A stretch of DNA of 64,000 nucleotides from positions 5,727 to 69,726 of the forward strand of contig JBEKVJ010000002.1 of NCBI GenBank assembly GCA_049514105.1, in the 5' to 3' direction. The DNA is from Acidimicrobiales bacterium (GTDB taxonomy: Bacteria > Actinomycetota > Acidimicrobiia > Acidimicrobiales > Bog-793). This document shows positions 1 to 10,314 of this stretch, piece by piece; positions within the stretch are counted from its first letter, which is position 1, and each line of letters starts with the position of its first letter. The notes beneath the pieces were generated by a model. It was not told the DNA's origin, did not search any database, and saw nothing but the letters and a program-made list of their open reading frames with translations. A program made the translations under genes and the position numbers.

Positions 1-234
1 CCGAGTTCACTGAACAATGCCATATCGCCGTTCAAAGAGAAGAGGGACCTCGAACTTCTCCTTTAGCGTCGTTTTCTCAGGTTGGTACTTCCACAGTTAA
101 CCAAGACAGTATTTCTCAAGTGCACCAGGTGGCGGAGAGGAGGTGCGCAACTCCCAGCGCTTGAGGTCGCTCGTGGAGAGATCCTGTCTCTCGGCGCTAG
201 TTCAACACATCAACCGGAAGTTAGGGAGGACACT

Positions 235-1560
235 ATGAACATTTTGCGACACCCCACCTGTCGCCTAGGTGGACTTATCGCGGCTATTTTGGCGCTCGGC
301 GTGCTCGGTACCGCCTCTGCCACAACCGCACAGTCCGCGAAGGCAAGGACCTCGAGCACTATCACCGTCATCATGCACTACCCCAGTCCGCCTAAATACA
401 TGCTCAACGAGTTCACCAAACAGACTGGCATAAAGGTCAATTGGGAAACCCTAGGCTTCGCCGATGAGCAGACCAAGATCGCCGCGGCCGGAGAGGCAGG
501 CGCCTACTTTGCCGACGCAACTGACGTTGACTGGTCCGCGATCGGTGAGTACGCGAAGACGGGCTGGTTCATTCCCCTAAACAAGTACTTCAACGAAGCG
601 GCGCTGAAGAAGGACATGCCGCAGATTAGCTCTTTTGTGGCTCCGAACGGCCAGCTGCTCGGCGTACCGTTTGATTCGGAATACATCACTCCGACAATAA
701 ATACGCGCGATTTCGCGCACGCAGGGATCAAGGGAACCCCAACCACGCTCGCTGAGTTCACCGCGGATCTTAAGACTCTTCAAAAGAGCGGCTTTGCGCA
801 TCCCCTAGATATTCCTTTTGCAGCAGCGGCCGGGGAGGCTCAGTGCTGGTTTCAGGTGGCTGAGGATTTCGGTGGCAGCGTGGTCAGCAAGACCTTTGCT
901 CCGGAGTTCACTTCACCGAGTTCACCGGGATACCAGGCTCTCAAGTGGATGATCAACGCCTACAAAAGCGGCCTCGTCCCGGCGGCGAACATCAACATGA
1001 TCGACCTAGGTGCCTTGACGACTGAGATGGCGCATAACAGGGTGGCGGCGGCGATCTGCGACTACTCGGGAGACGTGGGCTCGATTTACGACGTTTCAAG
1101 TATCTCCTCTGTCGTTAATCAGATTGCGTACATCTCAGATCCCGGTGTCAAAGGGCCAGTGCCAGGCCTTGCAAACATGGATGGCATCGGAATTCCGACG
1201 ACGGCTCACAACGTGGCGGGAGCGGTGGAGTTCCTGAAGTGGTTCAACTCAACAGAGAACCAGGCCATATGGAGCGGCCTTGACGGCGCGAAGGGCATCA
1301 TCGCAGGCATTCCTCTACCCACTCGAATCAGCAGCCTTCAACTCTTAGCGGCGAAGAAGGTCCTTTCCGAATCGCAGGAACGCGCTCTCGTCGCCGGGCT
1401 TGAGGATTCGCTGCCCATCTTCCCGGGGAAGGCGCCTGCAGGATACATTCCGTTCTACACGACCGTGTATGACACGATTCACTCGGCCGCCGCTGGTCAG
1501 CTCACGCTTCAGCAGGCCGTGACGACAATCGCGAACGCCGCCAGGCGAATAAGCGGATAG
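235..1560 (+). CDS. Carbohydrate ABC transporter substrate-binding protein (family 1)
   Basis: ATG at 235 after GGGAGGA; N-terminal signal peptide; 'FTKQTGIKVNWE', 'LLGVPF' and 'AVEFLKWF' SBP motifs; upstream of two permeases. Confidence 0.9.
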   Translation: MNILRHPTCRLGGLIAAILALGVLGTASATTAQSAKARTSSTITVIMHYPSPPKYMLNEFTKQTGIKVNWETLGFADEQTKIAAAGEAGAYFADATDVDWSAIGEYAKTGWFIPLNKYFNEAALKKDMPQISSFVAPNGQLLGVPFDSEYITPTINTRDFAHAGIKGTPTTLAEFTADLKTLQKSGFAHPLDIPFAAAAGEAQCWFQVAEDFGGSVVSKTFAPEFTSPSSPGYQALKWMINAYKSGLVPAANINMIDLGALTTEMAHNRVAAAICDYSGDVGSIYDVSSISSVVNQIAYISDPGVKGPVPGLANMDGIGIPTTAHNVAGAVEFLKWFNSTENQAIWSGLDGAKGIIAGIPLPTRISSLQLLAAKKVLSESQERALVAGLEDSLPIFPGKAPAGYIPFYTTVYDTIHSAAAGQLTLQQAVTTIANAARRISG

Positions 1561-1653
1561 CAAGGTCCAATGTCTTGAGTGCTCGGCTGCTCAGGGTCGG
1601 GCACTCAAGGCCGGGGGCCTTTGAATGCAGGCTACAGATTGGTGCGCAACTAG

Positions 1654-2571
1654 ATGATCCAGCTTGGTCGACGCCGGCCGGGGACTGCAGGAGCGAAAAG
1701 CCGACTCCGCCGAAGCTGGCTACCTTACGCACTGGTGGCGCCACTCGTGATCGTGGTCGGCGGGCTCGTTTTCTACCCCACCGTCGCGACTTCAGTGGAA
1801 GCCTTCTTCTACTCGGATCCTCTTCTCTCAGGTTCAGGTTTTGCAGGACTAAGCAACTTCCGGACAGCCTTCTCAGACCCCCTAACCCAGACCAGTCTGG
1901 TCAACACTGCACTTTATGGGATTGTGGGTGTGGCGGGATCCACGCTCCTCGGAATCTCGTTCGCCTTCGCTATGCGGAATAACTTCCGGCTGCGCGGTCT
2001 GCTTCTCGCCATCGTTGTTCTTCCGTGGGCGCTGCCTCCCGTAGCGGAAGCAGTGATTTGGAGCTGGATCTTCGATCCGACCTTCGGAGTTCTTAACAGT
2101 CTCCTTAAGTCTGCCCATATCATTGGCGCCTACCACGTATGGGTCGGCCTCGATCGCTTAACCTCCGTAATTCTCATAGAGCTCGTGCAGATCTGGCAGC
2201 TGACTCCGTTGTCCACATTGATCATCCTTGCCTCACTACAAACGATCCCTAAAGAGCTATATGAGGCGGCGGAGCTCGACGGAGCAGGCGGTTGGAGTTC
2301 CTTCCATAGAGTGACTCTGCCGCTTATACGGCCAGGTATTGCCATCGCGGCCGTTCAAGCCCTTGTTCTCTCGTTGAACGTGTTTGATCAAGTTTACGTG
2401 CTCAACTTCAACGCACCTACTGCCAGCTCCGCGACCCTGGCGATCTATGCAGATGCCTTTCAGAATCTCAACTTTGGCGAAGGATACGCTCTGTCCCTCG
2501 TGCTCACGCTCGCGACCGTCGTCCTCGCGCTCGGCATCCTGGGCCTCGTGTACCGGCACGTGGAGTACTGA
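1654..2571 (+). CDS. Carbohydrate ABC transporter permease (MalF/UgpA type)
   Basis: Six hydrophobic segments; EAA loop 'LQTIPKELYEAAELDGA'. Confidence 0.93.
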   Translation: MIQLGRRRPGTAGAKSRLRRSWLPYALVAPLVIVVGGLVFYPTVATSVEAFFYSDPLLSGSGFAGLSNFRTAFSDPLTQTSLVNTALYGIVGVAGSTLLGISFAFAMRNNFRLRGLLLAIVVLPWALPPVAEAVIWSWIFDPTFGVLNSLLKSAHIIGAYHVWVGLDRLTSVILIELVQIWQLTPLSTLIILASLQTIPKELYEAAELDGAGGWSSFHRVTLPLIRPGIAIAAVQALVLSLNVFDQVYVLNFNAPTASSATLAIYADAFQNLNFGEGYALSLVLTLATVVLALGILGLVYRHVEY

Positions 2572-3425
2572 TGCGGATCCTCAAGCGGACGAGCCGCCTG
2601 CTAACACTTCTGATGATTCTATTCTGGTCATTCTTCCCAATTTATTGGGCGCTTAACACAAGCTTGACAACGCAAAGAGCGGCGCAGAGCACGCCTGCTC
2701 GGTACATCCCGAGTCCCTTCACTGGTACAAACTACCGACAACTCTTCGGCTTTGTTCACGCCGGAGCAGGTGGTGGCAGCATTTCTGCGGAATTTGTACG
2801 ATCGCTTCTCAATACGGTCGTCGAGGCGGGAGGGGCAGTGCTGCTTAGCGTCCCAATCGCGCTCCTCGCCGCTTATGCTCTCGCAAGGATGCGCATGCGA
2901 TTCAAGCGTCTGATCTTTACGGCCGTCCTGCTCACGCTTGCCGTTCCGGCCTACGCAACCTTGCTTCCTGTCTACCGGTTGATGATCAACTTGGGGCTCT
3001 TGAATACCTATCTGGGCATCATCTTGATTTATGCTTCAGGTATCCTTCCTCTAGCGGTTTGGATTCTTTACAACTATGTTCTGACGATTCCGCAACAGCT
3101 AGAGGAGGCGGCAGCAATAGACGGTGCTTCCTCGATCCAGTCGCTGGTGCGCATAATTCTTCCTCTTGCTGCCCCCGGGATCGCTGCTACGGCAATTATC
3201 GTCTACCTTTTCGCCTGGGCACAGTTCCTATTTCCTCTAATCATGACAACTGACCTGTCGGCGCAGCCTCTGACCGTCGTCGTGGCTGGGCTCAGTGGCG
3301 AGAGGGTCATTCCGTTTACTCTCCTGATGGCCGCCGCTGTCCTCGCAGCAGCACCGGCCGGTGCTGTTGCACTCCTGCTGAACCGCTATATCGTTTCCGG
3401 TCTCACCTCAGGCGGAGTGAAGTGA
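2571..3425 (+). CDS. Carbohydrate ABC transporter permease (MalG/UgpE type)
   Basis: TGATG overlap with previous gene; 'IPQQLEEAAAIDGAS'; C-terminal 'IVSGLTSGGVK'. Confidence 0.93.
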   Translation: MRILKRTSRLLTLLMILFWSFFPIYWALNTSLTTQRAAQSTPARYIPSPFTGTNYRQLFGFVHAGAGGGSISAEFVRSLLNTVVEAGGAVLLSVPIALLAAYALARMRMRFKRLIFTAVLLTLAVPAYATLLPVYRLMINLGLLNTYLGIILIYASGILPLAVWILYNYVLTIPQQLEEAAAIDGASSIQSLVRIILPLAAPGIAATAIIVYLFAWAQFLFPLIMTTDLSAQPLTVVVAGLSGERVIPFTLLMAAAVLAAAPAGAVALLLNRYIVSGLTSGGVK

Positions 3426-3658
3426 ATTTCCCGGCTAGTGAATTCTCAAAGACATTACGCGGTATCGGCCGATTGCGCTTACCCTGCCGGAAGAGGGAGC
3501 CAAGTCCTGGCTGCTGGCCGAACTTGCGAAGATCTCGAGGAAATGGTTGGTGGCGCTGAGGGTGACCTTGGCGTCCATGTCCGCAACCCCGGCGCAAGTT
3601 ACGGACGGCTTTGCATTGACGATCACAAAGCTCTATCGAGGATATGAGAGGCTCCGGT

Positions 3659-4660
3659 ATGAAGGTTAATGACGTTACCATGATCGGGTCAGTTCAAGTC
3701 ACACGGCTTGGATTAGGCGGGACCTCTCTCGGCGGTCTGTTCGAACCGACTCCGGAAGATAGTGCGTACAGGACGGTCGCACGCGCCTACGAGCTCGGCA
3801 TTCGCTTCTTCGACACCGCTCCGCTATACGGATATGGAAGTTCAGAACGTCGACTTGGCCATGCCATCGGTTCCCTCCCTCGCGCGACAGTGACGGTCGC
3901 CACAAAGGTTGGCCGCTTGCTCAGAGACACGACGCTACCTGGTGCCAGCTACGACATCGACACGACAATCTTCTGTAACGGTGAACCTTTATACAAGGAC
4001 ACGGGTCGGGAGGTTCCGATCTGGGATTTCTCCTACGATGGAGCCTTGCGGTCGCTGGAAGAGAGCCTTGTGCGGCTTGACGTAGACCACGTCGATCTCG
4101 TTCACGTCCATGACCCGGATGATCATCTTGACGAGGCCATTAGCGGGGCATGTCAGGCCTTAATCGATTTACGAGACCAGGGCATCATTGGCGCAGTCGG
4201 AGTTGGCATAGATCACTCACGGCCAGCGGCCCGCTTTGTGCGAGAGAGCGATATTGACTGCGTGCTGATCGCGGGCCGGTGGACACTATTGGATCATGAG
4301 GCACTTGACGAGCTGCTGCCACTCGCACTGAATGAGGGTGTGAAGGTAATTGCCTGCGGCGTCTTCAACAGCGGCGTCCTTGCATCAGACAATGCAGATG
4401 CGACCTTTGATTACGCGCCGGCTCCCCCCGAGATTCGCCAGCGTGTTCAGAGGATGGCGCTGGTGTGTCGTCGTCACGGTGTGCCGCTCAAGGCCGCGGC
4501 GCTGCAATTCGCCTACCGACACCCTGCGGTCGCCGCTGTGCTTGTGGGAACTCGATCACCAGAGCGGCTTGAGGAATGTGTGGCACTAAGTGAGGTCGCA
4601 ATTCCAGAAGAGCTCTGGAGCGACCTGTCTGAGGAGTGCCATGTGCCGTTATTACAGTAG
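3659..4660 (+). CDS. Aldo/keto reductase, D-threo-aldose 1-dehydrogenase-like
   Basis: 'LGLGGT', 'FFDTAPLYGYGSSERRLG', 'TKVGR', 'DFSYDG...SLEESL', 'HVHDPD', 'GVFNSG'; start 3644/3659 uncertain. Confidence 0.88.
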   Translation: MKVNDVTMIGSVQVTRLGLGGTSLGGLFEPTPEDSAYRTVARAYELGIRFFDTAPLYGYGSSERRLGHAIGSLPRATVTVATKVGRLLRDTTLPGASYDIDTTIFCNGEPLYKDTGREVPIWDFSYDGALRSLEESLVRLDVDHVDLVHVHDPDDHLDEAISGACQALIDLRDQGIIGAVGVGIDHSRPAARFVRESDIDCVLIAGRWTLLDHEALDELLPLALNEGVKVIACGVFNSGVLASDNADATFDYAPAPPEIRQRVQRMALVCRRHGVPLKAAALQFAYRHPAVAAVLVGTRSPERLEECVALSEVAIPEELWSDLSEECHVPLLQ

Positions 4661-5107
4661 ACGTATGGCCATCGAACCATAAGGCATCGGGAGATTGTCG
4701 GTCGGCAGATCCGCCAGCACCAGGTTCGCGCTATTGACTTCAGGTCAGGAGTGGCGAAAGAGGAGGAGGTTCTCGACCACGGTGCTGCAACACAAGTGGT
4801 TCTCCGTCATCGCCGTGGTGATTCGATCCGATCGGGGTTGGCCTAGGTGGCGACCCGTGATCCAAAATTGCGGCTCCCTCACGGCTCCAGCCACACAACA
4901 CCTGTTGCGCGAGCGCGTCAGACTAAGTGGACGCTTCAGAAGCAATCTCGAACTCCTTCCCCTTGCCAGCGGCTGAGGCAGCCATGGGTGGACAGCGGCA
5001 CGATGCGTCCAGAATCCTTCTTGTATGTGCACGTCGGCCTAACTACGGGCAAACCTGAACGACCTGGCGCAGAGGAGCGCAGCCTCGAAACCCAGCAGCC
5101 CGGGCCA

Positions 5108-6994
5108 CTAAGTCGCGACGACACCGGCCTCGTCGAGCGCCTGGTGCTCGAACTGGGTGCGATAGAAATCGGCGTAGACGCCTCCGGCTGCGAGCAGTTC
5201 TTCGTGGCGGCCCCGCTCGACAATCCTGCCGTCAACCACAACGAGAAGCTGGTCGGCACCACGCACCGTCGAGAGCCTGTGCGCGATGACAATCGAGGTC
5301 CTGGCCTCGAGCGCTTTTTGCAGGGCGCGCTGGACAGCCAGCTCTGACTCGGAGTCGAGGTGCGCCGTGGCCTCGTCCAGCACGACAACGTCCGGCGCCT
5401 TGAGGAGAAGGCGGGCTAGGGCGATGCGCTGCTTCTCTCCTCCCGACAGCCGGTAACCGCGGTCACCGACGACGGTGTCGAGGCCGTCTGGCAACGACTC
5501 GACGAACGAGAGGATCTGGGCCCCGGAGATGGCCTCGTGGATCTCGCCTTCAGTCGCATCAGGTTTCGCGTAAACCAGGTTCGCTCGGATCGTGTCGTGG
5601 AAGAGGTGGGCATCCTGGGTCACGACACCAATCGAGTCGCGCAACGAGGCGAAGGTCATGTCGCGCACGTCAACCCCGTTCAGGCGCACTGCCCCGGCAC
5701 GCACGTCGTACAAGCGCGAGACGAGATAGCTGATCGTCGTCTTGCCGGCGCCCGAGGGGCCGACGAGAGCAACGAGCTGGCCCGGCTCGGCACGAAAGCT
5801 CACATCGAAAAGAACTTGGCTCGACGGCGTCTGGTCCAAAACGGCGACCGACTCGAGCGAGGCGAGGGACACCTCCTCGGCTGTCGGGTAGCTGAAGTCA
5901 ACGTGCTCGAACTCGACCGCGACCGGGCCCCGGGCGAGCGCGACAGCGCCCGGGCGCTCCGCGATGAGCGGAGGAAGGTCAAGCACCTCGAAGACGCGGT
6001 CGAAAGAGACCAGGGCGGTCATGACATCCACGTTCACGTTCGAAAGCGCCGTCAACGGCCCGTACAGCCGCACGAGCAGCGCCGCGAGGGCGACGACGGT
6101 GCCGATCTTGAACCGGCCGTCGACCGCGAGCACGCCGCCCCAGCCGTATACGAGCGCGGTGGCAAGCGAAGAGGTGAGGATCAGCGACAGGAAGAAGATC
6201 CTCCCGTACATCGCCGTCTGCACACCGATGTCGCGCACGCGCGCCGCCCGGCTGGCAAACTGCTGGTGTTCTGTGTCCGGCCGGCCGAACAACTTGACCA
6301 AGAGGGCCCCCGAGACGTTGAAGCGCTCGGTCATGGTGTTGTTCATTTGGGCGTTGAGGTTGTAGGCCTCCCGGGTCAGCTCCTGCAGCTTGCGGCCGAT
6401 GCGTCGTGCCGGGAAGACGAACATCGGCAGCAGCAAGAGGGCAACCACAGTTATCTGCCAGGAGAGCAGCGCCATGACTGCCACGGTCAAAATGACTGTG
6501 ATCAGGTTCGAGACGATCGACGAGAGCGTGTCTGTAAAGGCCTGTTGGGCCCCAAGGACGTCGTTGTTCAATCGTGAGATCAAAGCGCCGGTCTGTGTGC
6601 GTGAGAAGAAGGCCAGGGGCATCTCTTGGATGTGTGCGAAGACCTTCTCGCGCATGTCGTAGATGAGACCCTCACCTACGCGCGAGGAGATGTAGCGCTG
6701 CGCGAGCGACAACAATGCGTCTCCGAGGGCGAGGCCCGCGAGCAAAATCGCCAGCACGACGATGAGATGAGAGTCGTGCTTGACGATGCCGCCGTCGATG
6801 ATCTCGCGGTAGATCAGCGGGTTCCAGACCCCGATAAGGGCGTCGATGACGATCACTCCGAGGAAGATGCCGAGGATCTTGCGGTAGGGGGCGGCGAACC
6901 TCATGATCCTGCGCAAGGTCCCAGGGGGGAGCTTCTTTTTCGTCACCGAGGCGTCCCTCATGAGCGATCGCGCCATCGAGTGCCCAGCTGCCAT
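5108..6994 (-). CDS. ABC exporter, fused permease/ATPase (MsbA/Sav1866-like)
   Basis: TM domain, Walker A GPSGAGKT, LSGGEKQR, LDEATAHLD; ATG at 6994 one base after the MarR stop. Confidence 0.93.
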   Translation of the reverse strand: MAAGHSMARSLMRDASVTKKKLPPGTLRRIMRFAAPYRKILGIFLGVIVIDALIGVWNPLIYREIIDGGIVKHDSHLIVVLAILLAGLALGDALLSLAQRYISSRVGEGLIYDMREKVFAHIQEMPLAFFSRTQTGALISRLNNDVLGAQQAFTDTLSSIVSNLITVILTVAVMALLSWQITVVALLLLPMFVFPARRIGRKLQELTREAYNLNAQMNNTMTERFNVSGALLVKLFGRPDTEHQQFASRAARVRDIGVQTAMYGRIFFLSLILTSSLATALVYGWGGVLAVDGRFKIGTVVALAALLVRLYGPLTALSNVNVDVMTALVSFDRVFEVLDLPPLIAERPGAVALARGPVAVEFEHVDFSYPTAEEVSLASLESVAVLDQTPSSQVLFDVSFRAEPGQLVALVGPSGAGKTTISYLVSRLYDVRAGAVRLNGVDVRDMTFASLRDSIGVVTQDAHLFHDTIRANLVYAKPDATEGEIHEAISGAQILSFVESLPDGLDTVVGDRGYRLSGGEKQRIALARLLLKAPDVVVLDEATAHLDSESELAVQRALQKALEARTSIVIAHRLSTVRGADQLLVVVDGRIVERGRHEELLAAGGVYADFYRTQFEHQALDEAGVVAT

Positions 6995-6995
6995 C

Positions 6996-7535
6996 TCAGC
7001 TACCCCCTGTCCCGCTCGCTCGCGGTCGGTACGCACGAGTCGGGCCGCCATGGTCCTCCGGCCCGCAACACGGTCCGCAACACAGGCTCAAGAGCCTGCG
7101 CAGCTCGGCACGTTCTGTCATCGACAGCGGGCTGAAGGTCACCTCGGCCGTTCGCCCGCGTGCCTGTGCAACGCGGTCCAGCAAGAGCAGGCCTTGCCTT
7201 GTCAAAGAGACGAGGATCGAACGCCGATCAGCCGGGTCGACAGCCCTTTTCACGAGCCCCGCCTCTTCGAGGTCGTCAACGAGCGATGTCGCCGAACGGG
7301 GCACGACTTCGAGGGCGGCCGCTATGTCCGCCATGCGCGCCGGGTGGCCGGCGCCCGAGAGGTAGCGGATGACCCGCGCCTTTGCACCGGTCAGCCCGAT
7401 CGGGCCGAGCTCCGCCATGGAGCTGCGCTGCAGGCGCCGCGTGGCGCGCACGAGAAGCTCTGCGAGCTGGGCCGGGTCGTCCGCGCCCGGTGCAGCGCCG
7501 GTCGGCGGGAGGGGCGACAGCGGATTAGTGAGCAT
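6996..7535 (-). CDS. MarR family transcriptional regulator
   Basis: 'SATSLVDDLEEAGLVKRAVDPADRRS' winged-helix motif; coupled to exporter. Confidence 0.92.
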   Translation of the reverse strand: MLTNPLSPLPPTGAAPGADDPAQLAELLVRATRRLQRSSMAELGPIGLTGAKARVIRYLSGAGHPARMADIAAALEVVPRSATSLVDDLEEAGLVKRAVDPADRRSILVSLTRQGLLLLDRVAQARGRTAEVTFSPLSMTERAELRRLLSLCCGPCCGPEDHGGPTRAYRPRASGTGGS

Positions 7536-7672
7536 AACTCAATATAACCCTGACTCAGCGTTTTCATTCCCCCGCCCTTTTTCCCTCCCGGACCCTAGGG
7601 AGCTGCGCGAAACCTCGGGTTTCTGTACAGTGCCGTTCACCACGTGAGGCCGGTCGAGAAAGGAAACCCGTC

Positions 7673-8923
7673 ATGCGCTGGAACCTCCCACCCGGACAGA
7701 TGCCCGAGGCCTGGTTCAACGTCGTGCCGCACCTCCCTGAACCACTGCTGCCGGACCTTCATCCGGGCACACGCGAACCGGTGGGACCCGATGATCTCGC
7801 CCCGCTCTTCCCGATGGCGCTCATCGGCCAGGAGGTCACGCTCGAGCCCTGGGTGGACATCCCCGGCGAGGTCATCGACGTGCTTCGGCTGTGGCGCCCG
7901 ACGCCGCTTGTGCGAGCAGAACGACTCGAAAAGGCGCTCGGAACCCCGGCACGCATCTACTACAAGGATGAGTCGGTGTCGCCCGCGGGCTCGCACAAGC
8001 CGAACACAGCCGTTCCGCAAGCTTTCTACAACAAACAGGACGGGATCGCGCGCTTGTCCACCGAGACAGGCGCCGGCCAATGGGGAAGCGCCCTTGCTTT
8101 TGCCTGCGCCCTGTTCGGCCTCGAGTGCAAGGTCTACATGGTCCGCGCCTCGTACAACCAGAAGCCCTATCGCCGCATCATGATGGAGACCTGGGGGGGA
8201 TCAGTCGTCGCCTCCCCGATCGACGATCCCGACAGTCCGGGCTCGTTGGGCTCGGCGATCTCCGATGCCGTGCGCGACGCCGCCTCGCGCGCGGATACGC
8301 ACTACTCGCTCGGCTCGGTCCTCAATCACGTCCTGTTGCACCAGACCGTCATCGGGCTTGAGGCCAAAGACCAGCTCGCCCTTGTCGGTGAGCGGCTCCC
8401 GGACATCGTGATCGGCTCGTGCGGTGGCGGCTCCAACCTCGGGGGGATCTCACTGCCTTTTGTACCTGAAGCCGGGGTCGAGCTTCTCGCCGTCGAGCCG
8501 TCCTCCTGCCCGACGCTGACCGAAGGCACCTTCGAGTACGACTTCGCGGATGTGGCCGAGATGACTCCGTTGTTGCCCATGTACACCCTCGGTCACAAGT
8601 TCATGCCGCCTTCGATACATGCCGGAGGCCTGCGCTACCACGGCGACGCCCCGATCATCTGCAACCTGGTGAAGAACGGGAGAATGCGCGCCGTCGCCTA
8701 TCCCCAGGGCAAGGTCTTCGAAGCCGCTGTCCAGTTTGCCCGTAGCGAGGGAACGATCCCCGCCCCTGAGACCTCGCACGCGATCAAGGCCGTGATCGAC
8801 GAGGCCCTCGCTGCCAAACAGGCCGGTCAGGAAAAGGTGATCCTGTTCTCCTACTCCGGCCACGGCCTGTTAGACCTGGCCGCCTACGACGACTACCTGC
8901 ACGGGCGCCTCGAAGCGGGCTGA
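7673..8923 (+). CDS. trpB2: Tryptophan synthase beta chain 2 (TrpB2-type)
   Basis: 'WRPTPLVRA', PLP lysine 'GSHKPNTA', '[10 protein letters not shown]', '[10 protein letters not shown]', 'SGHG'; SD GAAAGGA; no trpA adjacent. Confidence 0.93.
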   Translation: MRWNLPPGQMPEAWFNVVPHLPEPLLPDLHPGTREPVGPDDLAPLFPMALIGQEVTLEPWVDIPGEVIDVLRLWRPTPLVRAERLEKALGTPARIYYKDESVSPAGSHKPNTAVPQAFYNKQDGIARLSTETGAGQWGSALAFACALFGLECKVYMVRASYNQKPYRRIMMETWGGSVVASPIDDPDSPGSLGSAISDAVRDAASRADTHYSLGSVLNHVLLHQTVIGLEAKDQLALVGERLPDIVIGSCGGGSNLGGISLPFVPEAGVELLAVEPSSCPTLTEGTFEYDFADVAEMTPLLPMYTLGHKFMPPSIHAGGLRYHGDAPIICNLVKNGRMRAVAYPQGKVFEAAVQFARSEGTIPAPETSHAIKAVIDEALAAKQAGQEKVILFSYSGHGLLDLAAYDDYLHGRLEAG

Positions 8924-8935
8924 GTGGGCCGGTGG

Positions 8936-9373
8936 TCAGCGACTGGCGCTGCGTTCGGGATCGAGCTGGTTGAGAAAGAGAGCACATCGCTCCTCCTCGT
9001 CGAGCTCGCCGATCGCCTGCGCGGCCCGGCGGAGCGCCTCGAGCGAGCGGAGGAATCCCCTGTTGGTCTCGTGGCGCCAACGCACGTAACCGGAGCCTTT
9101 CCATCCGGCGGCACGCAGCGCGTCAAGGCCGCGGTGATAACCCACCCTCGCATAGGCGTAGGACGAGACCTCGTCGTCGGTGAGCTCGGCGAGAGACGCC
9201 CAAGCCTCGAGGTGGCGCGGGTGGGCCCGGGCAGCGGCCTTCACGGACTCGAGTCGCGCCGTGGCCGACAAGCTGCCCGCTTCCTCGAGGGCGCGGGTCC
9301 AATCTTCGGGTGGGGCTGGCAGCACTGTGTCTGGTAGCCCGGTGCTCAAGTTGACTCGCGAATCGTCGTTCAT
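8936..9373 (-). CDS. DUF3151 family protein
   Basis: 'YAYARVGYHRGLDALRAAGWKGSGYVRWRHETNRGFLR' actinobacterial DUF3151 signature; start chosen at MNDDS. Confidence 0.85.
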   Translation of the reverse strand: MNDDSRVNLSTGLPDTVLPAPPEDWTRALEEAGSLSATARLESVKAAARAHPRHLEAWASLAELTDDEVSSYAYARVGYHRGLDALRAAGWKGSGYVRWRHETNRGFLRSLEALRRAAQAIGELDEEERCALFLNQLDPERSASR

Positions 9374-9460
9374 GGCCCTTATCTTCATCGCGCAGGGTTG
9401 CGATCGTGGCGCGCGAGGGTGCCGAGCCTCGGTGGCCACATCGTTGTTAGCTTTTGCTGC

Positions 9461-10288
9461 ATGACAAAACACCCCCGGCAGGTGGCCGCGCCATCTCTGC
9501 GGATAGCCCGGGGTGCGGTCTTGGCCGTGGCATCGTGCCTGCTTCTAGCCGGGTGCGGAACCAAGGCTCTAGGAAGCGGCCTATCAAATGCGCCGAAACT
9601 CTCGACGACCACCACGACCTTCGGCCTCTCACAGCCGACCGCATCCAAGCCGGTCACGGTCCTCGTCGTGGGTGACTCCATCAGCAAGGACCTCGGCTTG
9701 GGACTGTCCTACACCCTCAGCACCGACCCGCTCTTACATTTGGTCCAGGCAGGATATGTCGGCAGCGGGCTCGCCCGTCCCGACTTCTACGACTGGCCAG
9801 AGCATCTCGAGGCCCTTGTCAATCAGTACCATCCCAAGCTCGTGATCATTCTCGTCGGAGCCAATGACTCCCAGAGCTTCGACGTCGGCGACCAGGCCTT
9901 GGCTTTCGGTTCTGCGAAGTGGCGCAGCGTCTACACCCAGCGCGTCGACGCCATGATCAACGAGACCCTCACCTCCGGGGCCAAGATGCTCTGGGTCGGC
10001 GCACCGATAATGGCTGACCCCGTACTCAGTGCCTCGATGCAGACCCTCAACTCGATCTATCAGGCCCAGGCCAAGCTGCACCCGGGCGTCGAGTTCATGT
10101 CGATATGGTCGCTTTTCTCCGATGCCTCGGGCCAGTACAGCGAGTACCTGACCAACAGCTCGGGCCAAACGGTACTCGCCCGCGACGACGACGGCATCCA
10201 TCTCACCGTGCCCGATGGCTGCGACATCCTTGCCGTCGCTGTGATCCGACAGATCTACAAGCTCTGGCACATCCACCTTGGAGCCTGA
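9461..10288 (+). CDS. SGNH/GDSL hydrolase lipoprotein (DUF459-like)
   Basis: Lipobox LAGC; 'VVGDS', 'SGLARPDFYDW', 'GAND', 'DDGIH'. Confidence 0.85.
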   Translation: MTKHPRQVAAPSLRIARGAVLAVASCLLLAGCGTKALGSGLSNAPKLSTTTTTFGLSQPTASKPVTVLVVGDSISKDLGLGLSYTLSTDPLLHLVQAGYVGSGLARPDFYDWPEHLEALVNQYHPKLVIILVGANDSQSFDVGDQALAFGSAKWRSVYTQRVDAMINETLTSGAKMLWVGAPIMADPVLSASMQTLNSIYQAQAKLHPGVEFMSIWSLFSDASGQYSEYLTNSSGQTVLARDDDGIHLTVPDGCDILAVAVIRQIYKLWHIHLGA

Positions 10289-10314
10289 TCGACTCCCGCC
10301 TTTCGGCTAGGGAG

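Noticed and set aside
1-23. Start of a divergent gene (minus-strand ATG at 23, MALFSEL...)
   Set aside because: Too little sequence at the window edge to support.
3426-3658. Short ORFs (e.g. 3438-3647) between permease and reductase
   Set aside because: No recognisable motif or SD in any frame; may be a gene remnant but unsupported.
4661-5107. Possible gene, IS end or att site at the compositional boundary
   Set aside because: No coherent ORF, terminal inverted repeat or direct repeat found by eye.
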